Assembly: GCA_945901095.1 (NCBI GenBank)
Contig: CAMDKQ010000001.1
Span: forward strand, 1 to 59,521
DNA from: Bifidobacterium breve
GTDB taxonomy: Bacteria; Actinomycetota; Actinomycetes; S36-B12
Reading direction: 5' to 3'
DNA: 59,521 bases
Under the pieces are notes generated by a model. It was not told where the DNA came from. It saw nothing but the letters and a program-made list of their open reading frames with translations, and did no database searches. The translations under genes were made by a program, and so were the position numbers. Positions 1-8,774 of the stretch are shown one piece after another (the first letter of the stretch is position 1; each line of letters starts with the position of its first letter).

Positions 1-275
1 AGCAGCCCGCAACCCGGCGCCAGGGCACCGGAGTCGCGAACCGCCGGGACACCGAAATCGGGATCGAGCAGGATCCCGGTGGCGTGCGGGGTCAGGTGCT
101 GAGCCACGTCGATCTTCGCCTGACGAAGGTCGTCGATCGTGGCCTCAACCCCGACCGCAGTGAACATCCGGCGCAGGGTGTTGCGCTGGTCCATTGCGAT
201 GATCGCCAGGGTTCCGTCGGCGTCCGCAATCGCTGCGAGCGTTCCGGCGTTCTCCTGTACCGCAGTGGGACTCAT
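1..275 (-). CDS. Class I aldolase of the LacD/YihT type (tagatose-1,6-bisphosphate or sulfofructose-phosphate aldolase-like). Only the N-terminal part is present because the gene runs off the left edge.
   Basis: My own minus-strand translation from the ATG at 275..273 gives MSPTAVQENAGTLAAIADADGTLAIIAMDQRNTLRRMFTAVGVEATIDDLRQAKIDVAQHLTPHATGILLDPDFG... The AMDQR and ILLDP motifs fit this family. An AAGGAG Shine-Dalgarno lies at 288..283. The gene is absent from the ORF track because it has no in-window stop. Confidence 0.6.
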   Translation of the reverse strand, partial: MSPTAVQENAGTLAAIADADGTLAIIAMDQRNTLRRMFTAVGVEATIDDLRQAKIDVAQHLTPHATGILLDPDFGVPAVRDSGALAPGCGL

Positions 276-315
276 CAATGCACTCCTTCATGTTGGGTGT
301 AGCAGGCGTTTGGGG

Positions 316-1698
316 TCAGGCGTGTGTCGGAACCGCCGGTCTCGAAGGGGCTTGAGCAGTGATTGGTCCGAATGAGACTCCGGATGCCTGGGCTGCGAAC
401 ATGGCCGCTCCGGTGGCCCCGGGCAATTGCACGTCGCTGACGATCAGTCCGGGCATCAGATGAGCTTTGCCGCGATAGACCCCCGTCACATGTGCCCACC
501 CTCCTGCTGCAATCGCAGTCTCGTACGGTCCCGCGACCTCCGCAACCGCTTCGAGAAGTTTGGCTGTCTGCGCGAGGACATATTCGGTCGCAGCTGCCCA
601 GACCTCGGCGGGGGTGGCATCGTCGCGGAGGCGAACGGTCACCTCGTTCGTCCAGTCGGAAGGCTCTGAGACGAGCACTCGAGCCGAAGGCTCGCGGTCG
701 GCTCGCCAGGTGTCGGCAAGTTCCTGCCGCGCGGCCCTGTCATCGGCACCGAGCATCGACATGATGCGGCCGAGCACGAGGCCGGAGCGGGTTGCGCCAA
801 GGATTGCAGTGGAACCGGCAAGCACGTGGCGACCAGCGCTGAGCCCGCGCCCAACGAGGTGGCTGCGGTCAGCATTCGACAGTGTGCGCGGGACCGTCCG
901 TAGGATCACGTCGGCAGTGCCGCAGGAGTCGAACAGGTCGTCGCCACCAATAGCGCCCGCCCCGACCGAGCCAACGAGGTGATCGTGACCGGCCACCGTG
1001 ACCGCCGCACGTCTGAGCGCAGCTGGTGCGCTCGCAAGGACTGGACCGAGGCTGGTCCCGGCGCTCACGAGCTCAGGAAGGAAGGAGTCGCTGGCGCCGA
1101 TGAGGTCAAGAGTCGTGGCCCACGGGCCGATCGAGCCTTGGTCAAGGAGCCCGGTTCGCGATGCCAGCGACGGCTCACTCCCCCGGACTCCAGTCAGCCG
1201 GAATGCTATGTATTCCAACGCATTCAGCCATTGCGTGCCGGCCAAGGATGGTCCGCCGTGCGATCCGAGCCAGAGTAGCTTCGCGAACGAGCACTCTGCC
1301 TTCGCCGCAAGGCCGGTGACCGAGATGAACTCGTCGCGGAATGCCTGGGGCAGTGCCGCGAGTTCCTCTGCTCCCCGCTGGTCGTACCAGGCCATCGCAG
1401 GCGTAAGTGCTTCGCCTGCGGACGACACGACCACGCCGACCTCCGCCATGCCGGTGATGCCGATGCCGGTGACCCTCGTGTCCTCGCCGACCGAAAGAGC
1501 CGTTTCCACGAGAACACCAGTGACCGCATCGGTGAGACGGTCGATGTCTGTCTGGATCTCGCCATTGATGCCGATGTCCCAGGTCGTCACCGCACTCGCA
1601 TTGCCCACGACAGCGCCGGTTGAATCGATGGCGACCGCTTTGGTGGTGGTCGTGCCGACATCGATGCCGATGACGACCTCATGCAACGTCGAATTCAT
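316..1698 (-). CDS. FGGY-family carbohydrate kinase (xylulokinase-like)
   Basis: 460-aa ORF with an N-terminal VVIGIDVGTTTTKAV actin-fold ATPase motif and FGGY-like length. It shares an ATGA start/stop overlap with the upstream LacI gene at 1695..1698. Confidence 0.85.
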   Translation of the reverse strand: MNSTLHEVVIGIDVGTTTTKAVAIDSTGAVVGNASAVTTWDIGINGEIQTDIDRLTDAVTGVLVETALSVGEDTRVTGIGITGMAEVGVVVSSAGEALTPAMAWYDQRGAEELAALPQAFRDEFISVTGLAAKAECSFAKLLWLGSHGGPSLAGTQWLNALEYIAFRLTGVRGSEPSLASRTGLLDQGSIGPWATTLDLIGASDSFLPELVSAGTSLGPVLASAPAALRRAAVTVAGHDHLVGSVGAGAIGGDDLFDSCGTADVILRTVPRTLSNADRSHLVGRGLSAGRHVLAGSTAILGATRSGLVLGRIMSMLGADDRAARQELADTWRADREPSARVLVSEPSDWTNEVTVRLRDDATPAEVWAAATEYVLAQTAKLLEAVAEVAGPYETAIAAGGWAHVTGVYRGKAHLMPGLIVSDVQLPGATGAAMFAAQASGVSFGPITAQAPSRPAVPTHA

Positions 1699-2705
1699 GA
1701 CACCGCCCGCAAGGCCGGGAGTTCGCCTGAACCCCGCGCGATGAGCTCGACCGCAACGATGGTGTCGACTGGGCTCGCAGGAGCGCCGTCGAGCCGTTCG
1801 CTCAGCATTTCCATCGCGCGGCGAGCGAGGGTCCGGGGATCGTGATCGATGACCGTGATCGCTGGGCTCAGGACATCGGCGGTCGCGAAGTCGCCGAAGG
1901 AGGCGAACGCGATGTCGGTGCGTCGGCGCAGGTGAAGGGCTCTGACAACGCCCAGTGAGGTTTCAGACCGAGCGCTAAAGATGGCAGTGGGGGGATGGTC
2001 AAGATCGAGCATGTCGTTCGTGCACGTCTCGGCCTGAGCCGCATCGACGCACCAGGTTGCCTGAAGCTCCTGTTCGATCGGAAGGTCGAGCTCGAACATT
2101 GCCCGAACGTAGCCCTCGCGGCGCAGGCGTGATGTCTCAATCGTGAGGTCGTCGGTGAGGAGTGCGATGCGACGATGCCCGAAGGATGCGAGGTGCATAA
2201 CGATGCGGTAGGCACCGCCCTCGTCATCGACAATGACAGCTCCGACGTCCATGCCCTTGGGGTGTCGGTCGAGGAACACCACCGGGGTTACGACCCGTTC
2301 GAGGAACGAGTAGTCAGTCGAGAACGGCGTAACAATCAGCCCGGACACGCGTCGGGCAAGGAGTCCATCGACCACCTTCCGCTCACATTTGGGATCGCGA
2401 GAGTTGCTTGCAACGAGGAGGTTGATACCCCGCGGAAGCGCCATTTGCTCGATCTCCTCAATGGCCTTGGCAAAGAAGGGGTCGCCGATCGTCGGCACGA
2501 CGATCCCCACGGTGTCATCGACCCCCTTGCGCAGGGACCTCGCCATGAGGTCGACCTGATAGCCGAGTTGATCGACGGCCTCCTGCACGCGATGGCGAGT
2601 GTCGGTCGCGACACGGGCATCGCCGTTGATGACGCGCGACGCAGTCTTCGTGCTCGTTCCGGCAGCGAGCGCAACGTCTCGAAGCCGCACGGGGCTCGGG
2701 CTCAT
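1695..2705 (-). CDS. LacI/GalR-family transcriptional regulator
   Basis: 336-aa ORF with an N-terminal HTH (VRLRDVALAAGTSTKTASRVINGDARV) followed by a sugar-binding core. ATGA overlaps occur on both sides (1695..1698 and 2702..2705). Confidence 0.9.
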   Translation of the reverse strand: MSPSPVRLRDVALAAGTSTKTASRVINGDARVATDTRHRVQEAVDQLGYQVDLMARSLRKGVDDTVGIVVPTIGDPFFAKAIEEIEQMALPRGINLLVASNSRDPKCERKVVDGLLARRVSGLIVTPFSTDYSFLERVVTPVVFLDRHPKGMDVGAVIVDDEGGAYRIVMHLASFGHRRIALLTDDLTIETSRLRREGYVRAMFELDLPIEQELQATWCVDAAQAETCTNDMLDLDHPPTAIFSARSETSLGVVRALHLRRRTDIAFASFGDFATADVLSPAITVIDHDPRTLARRAMEMLSERLDGAPASPVDTIVAVELIARGSGELPALRAVS

Positions 2706-3745
2706 GTCGGCACCATCCCCGCAGTGACGTGGACTCGTGAAACGTTCGCCCCGGCACCGAAACCGTGATGTTCACTGAGGTCTGCGAAGATTTCGCGGAT
2801 CCGTTGATCCTTCGCTCCCCCCGCCCTGACGAGTTCACAGGACGCGGCAGCGGCGGCAACCCCGAAGCGCACCGCAGAGCCCCAGTCCGCCTGCCCACCG
2901 TCATCGCTCGACTGCGCCAAGGCGAATGAGAGGCCCGCAACGAAGGAGTCCCCTGCCCCCACCGTGCTCACTGCCTGAACGGGGTACGCGGGCTCCCAGG
3001 TCACACCGGATGCGTCGGCCGCCGCGACTCCCGCAGAGCCTGCAGTCACGAGGGCGTGTGCGGCACCGCGATCGCAGAGTGTGCGTGCTGCGCGCTCTGC
3101 ACGTGGTCGAACTGCCTCGACGGCGAGATCGCCCGAATCCATGAGGTGGGCGGCCTCGCCTTCAATCGCTGCCTCGGCCTCGTCGAGGTTTGGGGTGACG
3201 ATGTCAGGGCGATGAGTGAGCGAGGCGGCAAGCCATTGCGGGGCGCTGTCAACGAGAATCTGCCCACCCGCTGTATGGACATCATCGATGAGCTCGCCGA
3301 GTGCCGACGTCGGCAGCCCAGGAGGGAAGCTGCCCATGCACAGAACAAGGTCGCCGGAGGTGACCCTTCCGCGAACCGCATCGCGGACCCGGGCCCAGTC
3401 GGACATCGCCATCTCGGTGCCAGCGTCGTTGACGACCGTGACGCGGTTACTCCGCTCCTCGAGGTAGATGCTCGCGGTGCGCACTCCCCCGGGAACCTCC
3501 ACGACATTGAACTCGGCGCCCTCGCCCGCCAGTAACGACTCGTAGCGCGCGCGGTCATCGGCACCAACCGGGATGACCATGGGTGCGGGCCGACCAAGTG
3601 CGCGCAGGACCCGGGCCACGTTGATCCCCTTGCCCCCGGCGGTCAGTTCGACGTCCAAAGCTCGAATGACCGCCCCCGGGACGAGTTCGACAATGGTGAT
3701 CGTGCGATCAAAGATGGGGTTGGGATTCACGATGAGCGTGCGCAC
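2702..3745 (-). CDS. PfkB-family sugar-phosphate kinase (1-phosphofructokinase / tagatose-6-phosphate kinase-like)
   Basis: 347-aa ORF with a GGKGINVARVL motif near the N-terminus and a C-terminal VSTVGAGDSFVAG motif typical of the ribokinase/PfkB superfamily. It is the first gene of the pfkB-lacI-kinase-aldolase operon. Confidence 0.85.
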   Translation of the reverse strand: MRTLIVNPNPIFDRTITIVELVPGAVIRALDVELTAGGKGINVARVLRALGRPAPMVIPVGADDRARYESLLAGEGAEFNVVEVPGGVRTASIYLEERSNRVTVVNDAGTEMAMSDWARVRDAVRGRVTSGDLVLCMGSFPPGLPTSALGELIDDVHTAGGQILVDSAPQWLAASLTHRPDIVTPNLDEAEAAIEGEAAHLMDSGDLAVEAVRPRAERAARTLCDRGAAHALVTAGSAGVAAADASGVTWEPAYPVQAVSTVGAGDSFVAGLSFALAQSSDDGGQADWGSAVRFGVAAAAASCELVRAGGAKDQRIREIFADLSEHHGFGAGANVSRVHVTAGMVPT

Positions 3746-3795
3746 GTGTGGTCCTCCCCTTCGATCCTCGTTGCTTTTGGTGAGATTGACGTCGC

Positions 3796-3809
3796 GGTAA
3801 TCGTTGTCA
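3796..3809. promoter_or_regulatory. Candidate LacI-family operator, copy 1 (GGTAATCGTTGTCA)
   Basis: An exact 14-bp repeat of 3885..3898 lies in the 191-bp region upstream of the pfkB operon. The reverse complement TGACAACGATTACC matches 12 of 14 positions of the generic LacI/CcpA operator pattern TGWAANCGNTNWCA. Confidence 0.4.
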
Positions 3810-3884
3810 GGCAGTAGCCCGAGCGAGACATTCCTTTGCCAAAGAATTCATCGCCCGTTTATGAACCAGTCACGCGAATGTCAA

Positions 3885-3898
3885 GGTAATCGTTGTCA
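3885..3898. promoter_or_regulatory. Candidate LacI-family operator, copy 2 (GGTAATCGTTGTCA)
   Basis: Identical 14-mer positioned 89 bp from copy 1. A degenerate third copy, GGTAACAGCCGTCA, lies at 3912..3925. Confidence 0.4.
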
Positions 3899-3936
3899 CG
3901 CGCATTCGGAAGGTAACAGCCGTCAAGAATATTCGT

Positions 3937-4521
3937 CTACCAAGAAGAGGAAACGTTACCAAAATGAGACATTGCGACGCGGATTTTCTCCTCGTTACCC
4001 AACTGCGCATCAAGGCCAAGGTGCTCGACCACCGGCGGGGCGGAAGCAGGCAGTTGAACGGCAGGTCTGCTCGCCATCGTCAGCCGTGCGTCGCGGCTCG
4101 CACCGCGCACCCTCATCCGGCGCAACCGCTCATCCGGAGTGATCTCCAGCCAGATGAGATGCAGATTCGCCACCTCGGTGAAGGAATCCACGAAAGCCCG
4201 CCAGCGCTCCAGCGACGAGATTTCAGCAGTGAAGGGAGCCGTTACGATCACCGACTGACCGCTCGAAGTCGCCATCACCGCGGCACGCTGCAAGTCCCGA
4301 TAGCGGTCCTCTCGTACCGCAGTGAGCGCCTCGGCCTCATCAAGCCCGGGATGGGCAGCCCAGAACGCCGCGACAAGCGGGGCCGTCACCTCGTCAAGGT
4401 CTAGGAGCGGTATTGCGAGGCGCTTCGCGAGGGCGCGGCCGAAGGTGGTCTTGCCGCTGCCTGCAGCACCGGCGATAACGAAGACGTCGACCATGCGATC
4501 ATTCTGCCGCGAGACCGACAC
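3937..4521 (-). CDS. P-loop NTPase / small-molecule kinase-like protein (AAA_33-like)
   Basis: 194-aa ORF with Walker A GAAGSGKTT near the N-terminus. A GGAGG lies just upstream of the GTG at 4521. An alternative ATG start is at 4494. Confidence 0.7.
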   Translation of the reverse strand: MSVSRQNDRMVDVFVIAGAAGSGKTTFGRALAKRLAIPLLDLDEVTAPLVAAFWAAHPGLDEAEALTAVREDRYRDLQRAAVMATSSGQSVIVTAPFTAEISSLERWRAFVDSFTEVANLHLIWLEITPDERLRRMRVRGASRDARLTMASRPAVQLPASAPPVVEHLGLDAQLGNEEKIRVAMSHFGNVSSSW

Positions 4522-4572
4522 GGGCCTCCACGCAATGAATACAGATCACCGGTTCAATGAACAGGAGAACGG

Positions 4573-5685
4573 ATGCCTGACGCAAAACATGAGGTCCATG
4601 GCGCCACTTCAGTCACGGTGCGCAGTGATTCGGTTACCGCCTCAGTCACGCTCGCCGGCGCGCACGTCGCGCCAGTCGTCTTCACCTCCGGCAGCGCCAC
4701 CGCCGACCCCTACTCCCTCGCTCCCTGGCACCCCGGCGAGATTCCCGGGGTCGATCCTCTGCTCGACGTATTGCGCGGGGACTTCTTCTGCTTCCCATTC
4801 GGCCCGCAGCCCGACGGCCCCGCCCATGGCGAGCCGGCCAGCGGCGAGTGGACGGTCTCCGCGTCGAGTGAGCATGCCGTCACCCTTCACCTCGAGGCTC
4901 ATGATTCGGGCGGCTCATTTGACAAGACCGTGAGCGTCCGCGACAGGCAGACCGTGCTCTATCAGGAGATCGCGATTCGCGGCATCTCAGGTGCCTTCAA
5001 TTACGGCACCCACCCGATCCTCGATTTCAGCAGCCAACCCCCTGCCAGTGCACGGATCAGCACCAGTCCGATGCGATGGTCGTCCGTCTACCCGGGCGTG
5101 TTCGCCGACCCCGCCATCGGCGAGACCCAGATCCTGCGTCCGGGCGCGACATTCGACAGCCTCGCCGCAATACCGCTCGAGGCCGGTGGCACCGTCGACA
5201 TCTCGCGGTATCCGACGCCCGCTGGCCACGAGGACCTCGTCATGATGGTGAATGACCCTGACGCCGGCCCGATCGGGTGGTCGGCCGCAGTATTCGACGG
5301 CTTCATCTGGTTCTCACTCAAGGACATCACGTCGTTCCCGGCGACGTTGCTTTGGATTTCCAACGGCGGCCGTACCCAGCCACCCTGGTCGGGTCGGTTC
5401 ACCGGACGAATGGGCATCGAGGACGTCCATTCCCATTTCCACGATGGCCTTTCGGCTGCACGCAGCCAACCCCTCGCAGACCTCAGCATTTCAACTGCAC
5501 GCGAGTTCGACGCTTCCAAGGCCACATCGCTTCGCACCGTCCAAGGTGTCGCGTTCACTCAGAATGGGTTCGGCCAGGTTGTCACTATTGAGACGAACGT
5601 CCCCGGGCGCATCACGTTGACGGATGAGGCTGGCACTGCCGTCACGACTGACGTCAACTGGGAGTTCGCGCTCGAACAAAAGTGA
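4573..5685 (+). CDS. Hypothetical protein, possibly with a galactose-mutarotase-like fold
   Basis: 370-aa ORF with an AGGAG Shine-Dalgarno at 4563..4567 and normal coding composition. The fold guess rests only on weak His/Glu-containing motifs (FFCFPFG, HGE, GTHP) and is not firm. Confidence 0.55.
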   Translation: MPDAKHEVHGATSVTVRSDSVTASVTLAGAHVAPVVFTSGSATADPYSLAPWHPGEIPGVDPLLDVLRGDFFCFPFGPQPDGPAHGEPASGEWTVSASSEHAVTLHLEAHDSGGSFDKTVSVRDRQTVLYQEIAIRGISGAFNYGTHPILDFSSQPPASARISTSPMRWSSVYPGVFADPAIGETQILRPGATFDSLAAIPLEAGGTVDISRYPTPAGHEDLVMMVNDPDAGPIGWSAAVFDGFIWFSLKDITSFPATLLWISNGGRTQPPWSGRFTGRMGIEDVHSHFHDGLSAARSQPLADLSISTAREFDASKATSLRTVQGVAFTQNGFGQVVTIETNVPGRITLTDEAGTAVTTDVNWEFALEQK

Positions 5686-5693
5686 CGACCATT

Positions 5694-7241
5694 TCAGTGA
5701 CTGTGCCCCGTCTGGGTCGGGAGCAGTTGCCCGACACCGGCACCATTTCCGTCCGCATCGACGATGTCGATGACGCCCATCATGCCGAGATCTTCATGCC
5801 CGAGGACGTGGCAGTGGAACACCGTGCGGCCCACGTAGTCGGCGAAACGGATACGGATGCGAACCCATTCCCCGGGGGCAATATTGAGGGTGTCGAGCTC
5901 CGCTCGTGGATATGACTTTGTGCGCGTAAGGATGGCACCGGTCGCCGGATCGAACTCACCATGATCGACGACCCAAAATGGATTCACGTGGATATGGAAT
6001 GGGTGATTCTCAACAAACGCGCTGAAGGGCGCCACATTGGTGTTCTTGAGGATCCAGTCCTCCGTCGTGCCGACGCGGACGGTGATGACGTTCTCTAGCG
6101 TGATGTTTTGATACGGAACGTTGTCAAACCAGAAGTCTGGTGGCGGTGGCGTGCGGGTCGTTGCGCCCAAGGTCAGCACGCGCTGCTGGGCCACTGGACC
6201 TTCGAGGTACTTCGGGCTCGGCGCCATCACCTCAGGGAGCGTGACCGGATCGCGCCGCGGCCCGCTGACCGTCACCGATGCGAGGGTCGCCTCCGGCAAC
6301 GACCACGACAAATTCTGCGCGAACGCCTCGGTCATGAGCGCTGTCTGTCCCGGCGCTGGGGGTGCAGTAACCAGCACCCCCAATCTCTTGCCGGGCGGCA
6401 TGAATAGTGTGTCTGGCCTCCACGTCTGCCAGGTTGGGCAACCGTCCTCCTCGATAACCTGGAAAGTGGCCCCGGGGACAAGTAATTTCCAATAGCTACG
6501 CGTCGACGTGTTGGCGATCTGCCAGAACTGCGTTTCACCCGGATGCATGTCGATGTTCGGTTGAAATGCACCGTTCACCAGAGTCACCATCGCAGTGACC
6601 GTCATCTGGTCGATAGGAACGAAAGCTTGCCCTGCCCCAAGGTTCGTGATGCCAATGTTGCGGATGTTGAGGATTCGTCGGCGCAGCGGGGCGACCTGAG
6701 GATAATCCGCAGCCCCCCCTTCGATGACGATGAGCCCTTGGAGTCCGGAGTAGACCTGTGCGTTCACGTAGCCGTGTCGGTGCGGGTGGTACCAGTAGAG
6801 CCCGGCCGGGTGATCCGCTGGAATCTGGACGTTGTACCGAAAGTCGTAGCCCGGTGGGATGTCCAGGAAGACGTTGTCACTGTGACCGCGCGGGGATACA
6901 TGGAGCCCGTGAAAGTGCAGGTTCGATGGGGTGTCAATACGGTTCTGCAACGTCAGGTCGAGTCTGTCGCCGGGCCGGGCGACCAGCGTTGGACCAGAGA
7001 ATGTTCCGTTATAACTCGAGACCCCAGGGAGCGGATTTCCAGCAACCTCCGCCGTACCCGTCCGCATTGTTAGGGTCCCGCTGAGCACGCCGTTCGAACT
7101 GCGCCAGACCGAACCTGTTGGAGGCGTCCGTTGCCTACTTCCCGCGGCCGCCAGAACTGCGGAGCCGCTGCCGCCGGCGATCCCGAACCCGGCTGCGACC
7201 ACGGCTGATGCGCCAAGCATTCTGCGTCGTGAGATCTCCAT
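5694..7241 (-). CDS. Tat-exported multicopper oxidase (laccase-like)
   Basis: Four copper-ligand motifs are present: HFHGLH, WYHPHRHG, HPFHIHVNPF and HCHVLGHEDLGMM. A twin-arginine signal (SRRRMLGASAVVAAG) is present. The ORF track begins at a TTG at 7247, but the ATG at 7241 is more likely. Confidence 0.9.
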   Translation of the reverse strand: MEISRRRMLGASAVVAAGFGIAGGSGSAVLAAAGSRQRTPPTGSVWRSSNGVLSGTLTMRTGTAEVAGNPLPGVSSYNGTFSGPTLVARPGDRLDLTLQNRIDTPSNLHFHGLHVSPRGHSDNVFLDIPPGYDFRYNVQIPADHPAGLYWYHPHRHGYVNAQVYSGLQGLIVIEGGAADYPQVAPLRRRILNIRNIGITNLGAGQAFVPIDQMTVTAMVTLVNGAFQPNIDMHPGETQFWQIANTSTRSYWKLLVPGATFQVIEEDGCPTWQTWRPDTLFMPPGKRLGVLVTAPPAPGQTALMTEAFAQNLSWSLPEATLASVTVSGPRRDPVTLPEVMAPSPKYLEGPVAQQRVLTLGATTRTPPPPDFWFDNVPYQNITLENVITVRVGTTEDWILKNTNVAPFSAFVENHPFHIHVNPFWVVDHGEFDPATGAILTRTKSYPRAELDTLNIAPGEWVRIRIRFADYVGRTVFHCHVLGHEDLGMMGVIDIVDADGNGAGVGQLLPTQTGHSH

Positions 7242-7408
7242 AGGCAAAGGATAACAATCAAAATCGAGCCCTGCCGAGCCAAGGGAGCCATCTTCCGTTA
7301 CGTCCCATGGCGTATAAATGCCCCAATGTCAGACCCCCCGAGGATGTTTGATCATGCTGGACGGGCCGGTAGGTCCTTCGTGCTACCAACTGCTGACAGG
7401 GGAGCCCC

Positions 7409-8026
7409 ATGACAAACGCCAACTACACCCACCTGACCCTGCTCGTCGATCGGTCCGGATCCATGGGGTCGGTTCAGACCGATGCCCAAGGAGGCATCAA
7501 CGAGCTGTTGGCCCGCCAGTTTGCCCTGCCGGGGAAGCTCACAGTTACCCTCGTCGAGTTCGACACCGAGATCGACACCGTGGTGCGAATGAGCACCGAG
7601 CCGGTGACCTATCTGCTCGAGCCACGAGGAATGACCCGTCTCCTCGATGCAGCCGGCATCGAAATCAAGCAAACGGGGGCCGATCTCGCCTCGATCGATG
7701 ATGCAGAGCGGCCCGGCCGGGTGCTCTTCGTCGTCGTCACGGACGGCCAGGAGAACTCGAGCAGCGAGTACCGGTTCGAGCAGGTCCGCGCCCTCGTCGA
7801 AGAGCAGATTTCTGCCTATCAGTGGGTCTTCCAGTTCATCGGCGCCGACGACGCGGCGTGGCAGGGCGAGTCCATGGGCATGAAGACCGCCAAGTACCGG
7901 CCATCTGGCAAGGGCACGCGCAACGCCTACAAGACAATCGACGATTCGCTGATGGCTTTCCGCGCTGACTTTTCGCCGATGGCCGCGTTCTCCATGCCCG
8001 ATGACATCCCCGAGGATGACGACTAG
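7409..8026 (+). CDS. Stand-alone von Willebrand factor A (vWA) domain protein
   Basis: 205-aa ORF with MIDAS motif elements DRSGSM ... T ... DGQEN, an acidic C-terminal tail (PEDDD), and a GGGGAG Shine-Dalgarno before the ATG. Confidence 0.85.
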   Translation: MTNANYTHLTLLVDRSGSMGSVQTDAQGGINELLARQFALPGKLTVTLVEFDTEIDTVVRMSTEPVTYLLEPRGMTRLLDAAGIEIKQTGADLASIDDAERPGRVLFVVVTDGQENSSSEYRFEQVRALVEEQISAYQWVFQFIGADDAAWQGESMGMKTAKYRPSGKGTRNAYKTIDDSLMAFRADFSPMAAFSMPDDIPEDDD

Positions 8027-8075
8027 GGGCTGGCGAGCACAAGCTCGTTAAACCTACACACGCTACTGAAGGCGT

Positions 8076-8333
8076 ATGCACATGTCCCACCGCCTGCAAA
8101 TCCTCCTCGATGAGGAGCAATACGACCGGCTGGCCCAGCGGGCGAAGGCGCAGGGGCGCAGTATTGGGGCCTTGATCCGAGAAGCCATCGATCACATGTG
8201 GACAGGTACCGATATCCGCAAAGCCGCGTTGCTCGACGCAATTCTCGCTGACGCGCCGATGCCGGTTCCTGAGCCAGCGGATTTAGCCCTCGAACTCGAT
8301 GAAATCCATGGCTCTCGATTCCGGGATTCCTGA
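8076..8333 (+). CDS. Ribbon-helix-helix (CopG/VapB-like) antitoxin
   Basis: 85-aa ORF. The segment HRLQILLDEEQYDRLAQRAKAQGRSIGALIREAI is typical of an RHH fold. Its stop overlaps the downstream PIN ORF start (TGATG at 8331..8335). Confidence 0.75.
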   Translation: MHMSHRLQILLDEEQYDRLAQRAKAQGRSIGALIREAIDHMWTGTDIRKAALLDAILADAPMPVPEPADLALELDEIHGSRFRDS

Positions 8334-8572
8334 TGCTCGTCCTTGATACATCGGTGCTGGTGTACGCATCGGGTGCAGACCACCCGCTTCGCGAGCCGGC
8401 GGTCCGGCTCCTGCGCGATGTCGTTGCGTCTCGAGTTAGTGCTACCACCACGCCGGAGGTGTTGCAGCAGTATGCGCACGTGAGGGCGCGCCACCGTGGC
8501 GATCGCCCATGGTTGGGAGGCTGTCTCAGCGGTTCGGAGTTTCGGTTCGGTTACCGGCCTGCGATGGATTGA
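8333..8572 (+). pseudogene. Truncated PIN-domain (VapC-like) toxin remnant
   Basis: The N-terminus MLVLDTSVLVYASGADHPL carries the first PIN acidic residue and TTTPEVLQQ follows, but the ORF ends after 79 aa (PIN toxins are usually about 130 aa). The tail GDRPWLGGCLSGSEFRFGYRPAMD does not look PIN-like, and no continuation appears in another frame before 8712. Confidence 0.6.
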
Positions 8573-8774
8573 CATAGCGAACTACTGACGCCGCGCTCCC
8601 CTCATTCGCGAAACGGTGAGCCCGGTGAATAGTCTGCGACCTGCGGATCCGAAGCCTCGATGCACCGATGAGCGACGTGTTGGGCCGCAAACCCCTTGAT
8701 CCACCTCGCCATTGGCCCTATGTTCCACTTGTGACGTCGTGATCACGCCCATCACGCCCCAAGTGAGGATGCAC

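Noticed and set aside
286-298. The 13-nt string CTTCATGTTGGGT, shared with 14706..14718 and in both cases located just upstream of a minus-strand gene start after a C-rich stretch
   Set aside because: A single exact 13-mer match between two sites in about 119 kb of double-stranded sequence is within chance expectation. In addition, the IclR start is probably the downstream ATG at 14693. I note it only as a possible weak relative of the C-tract motif.
3949-3960. The near-palindrome GGAAACGTTACC, which resembles a LacI-type operator core
   Set aside because: It lies inside the 3' end of the P-loop kinase coding region, more than 200 bp from the pfkB operon start. It is less convincing than the two exact 14-bp repeats.
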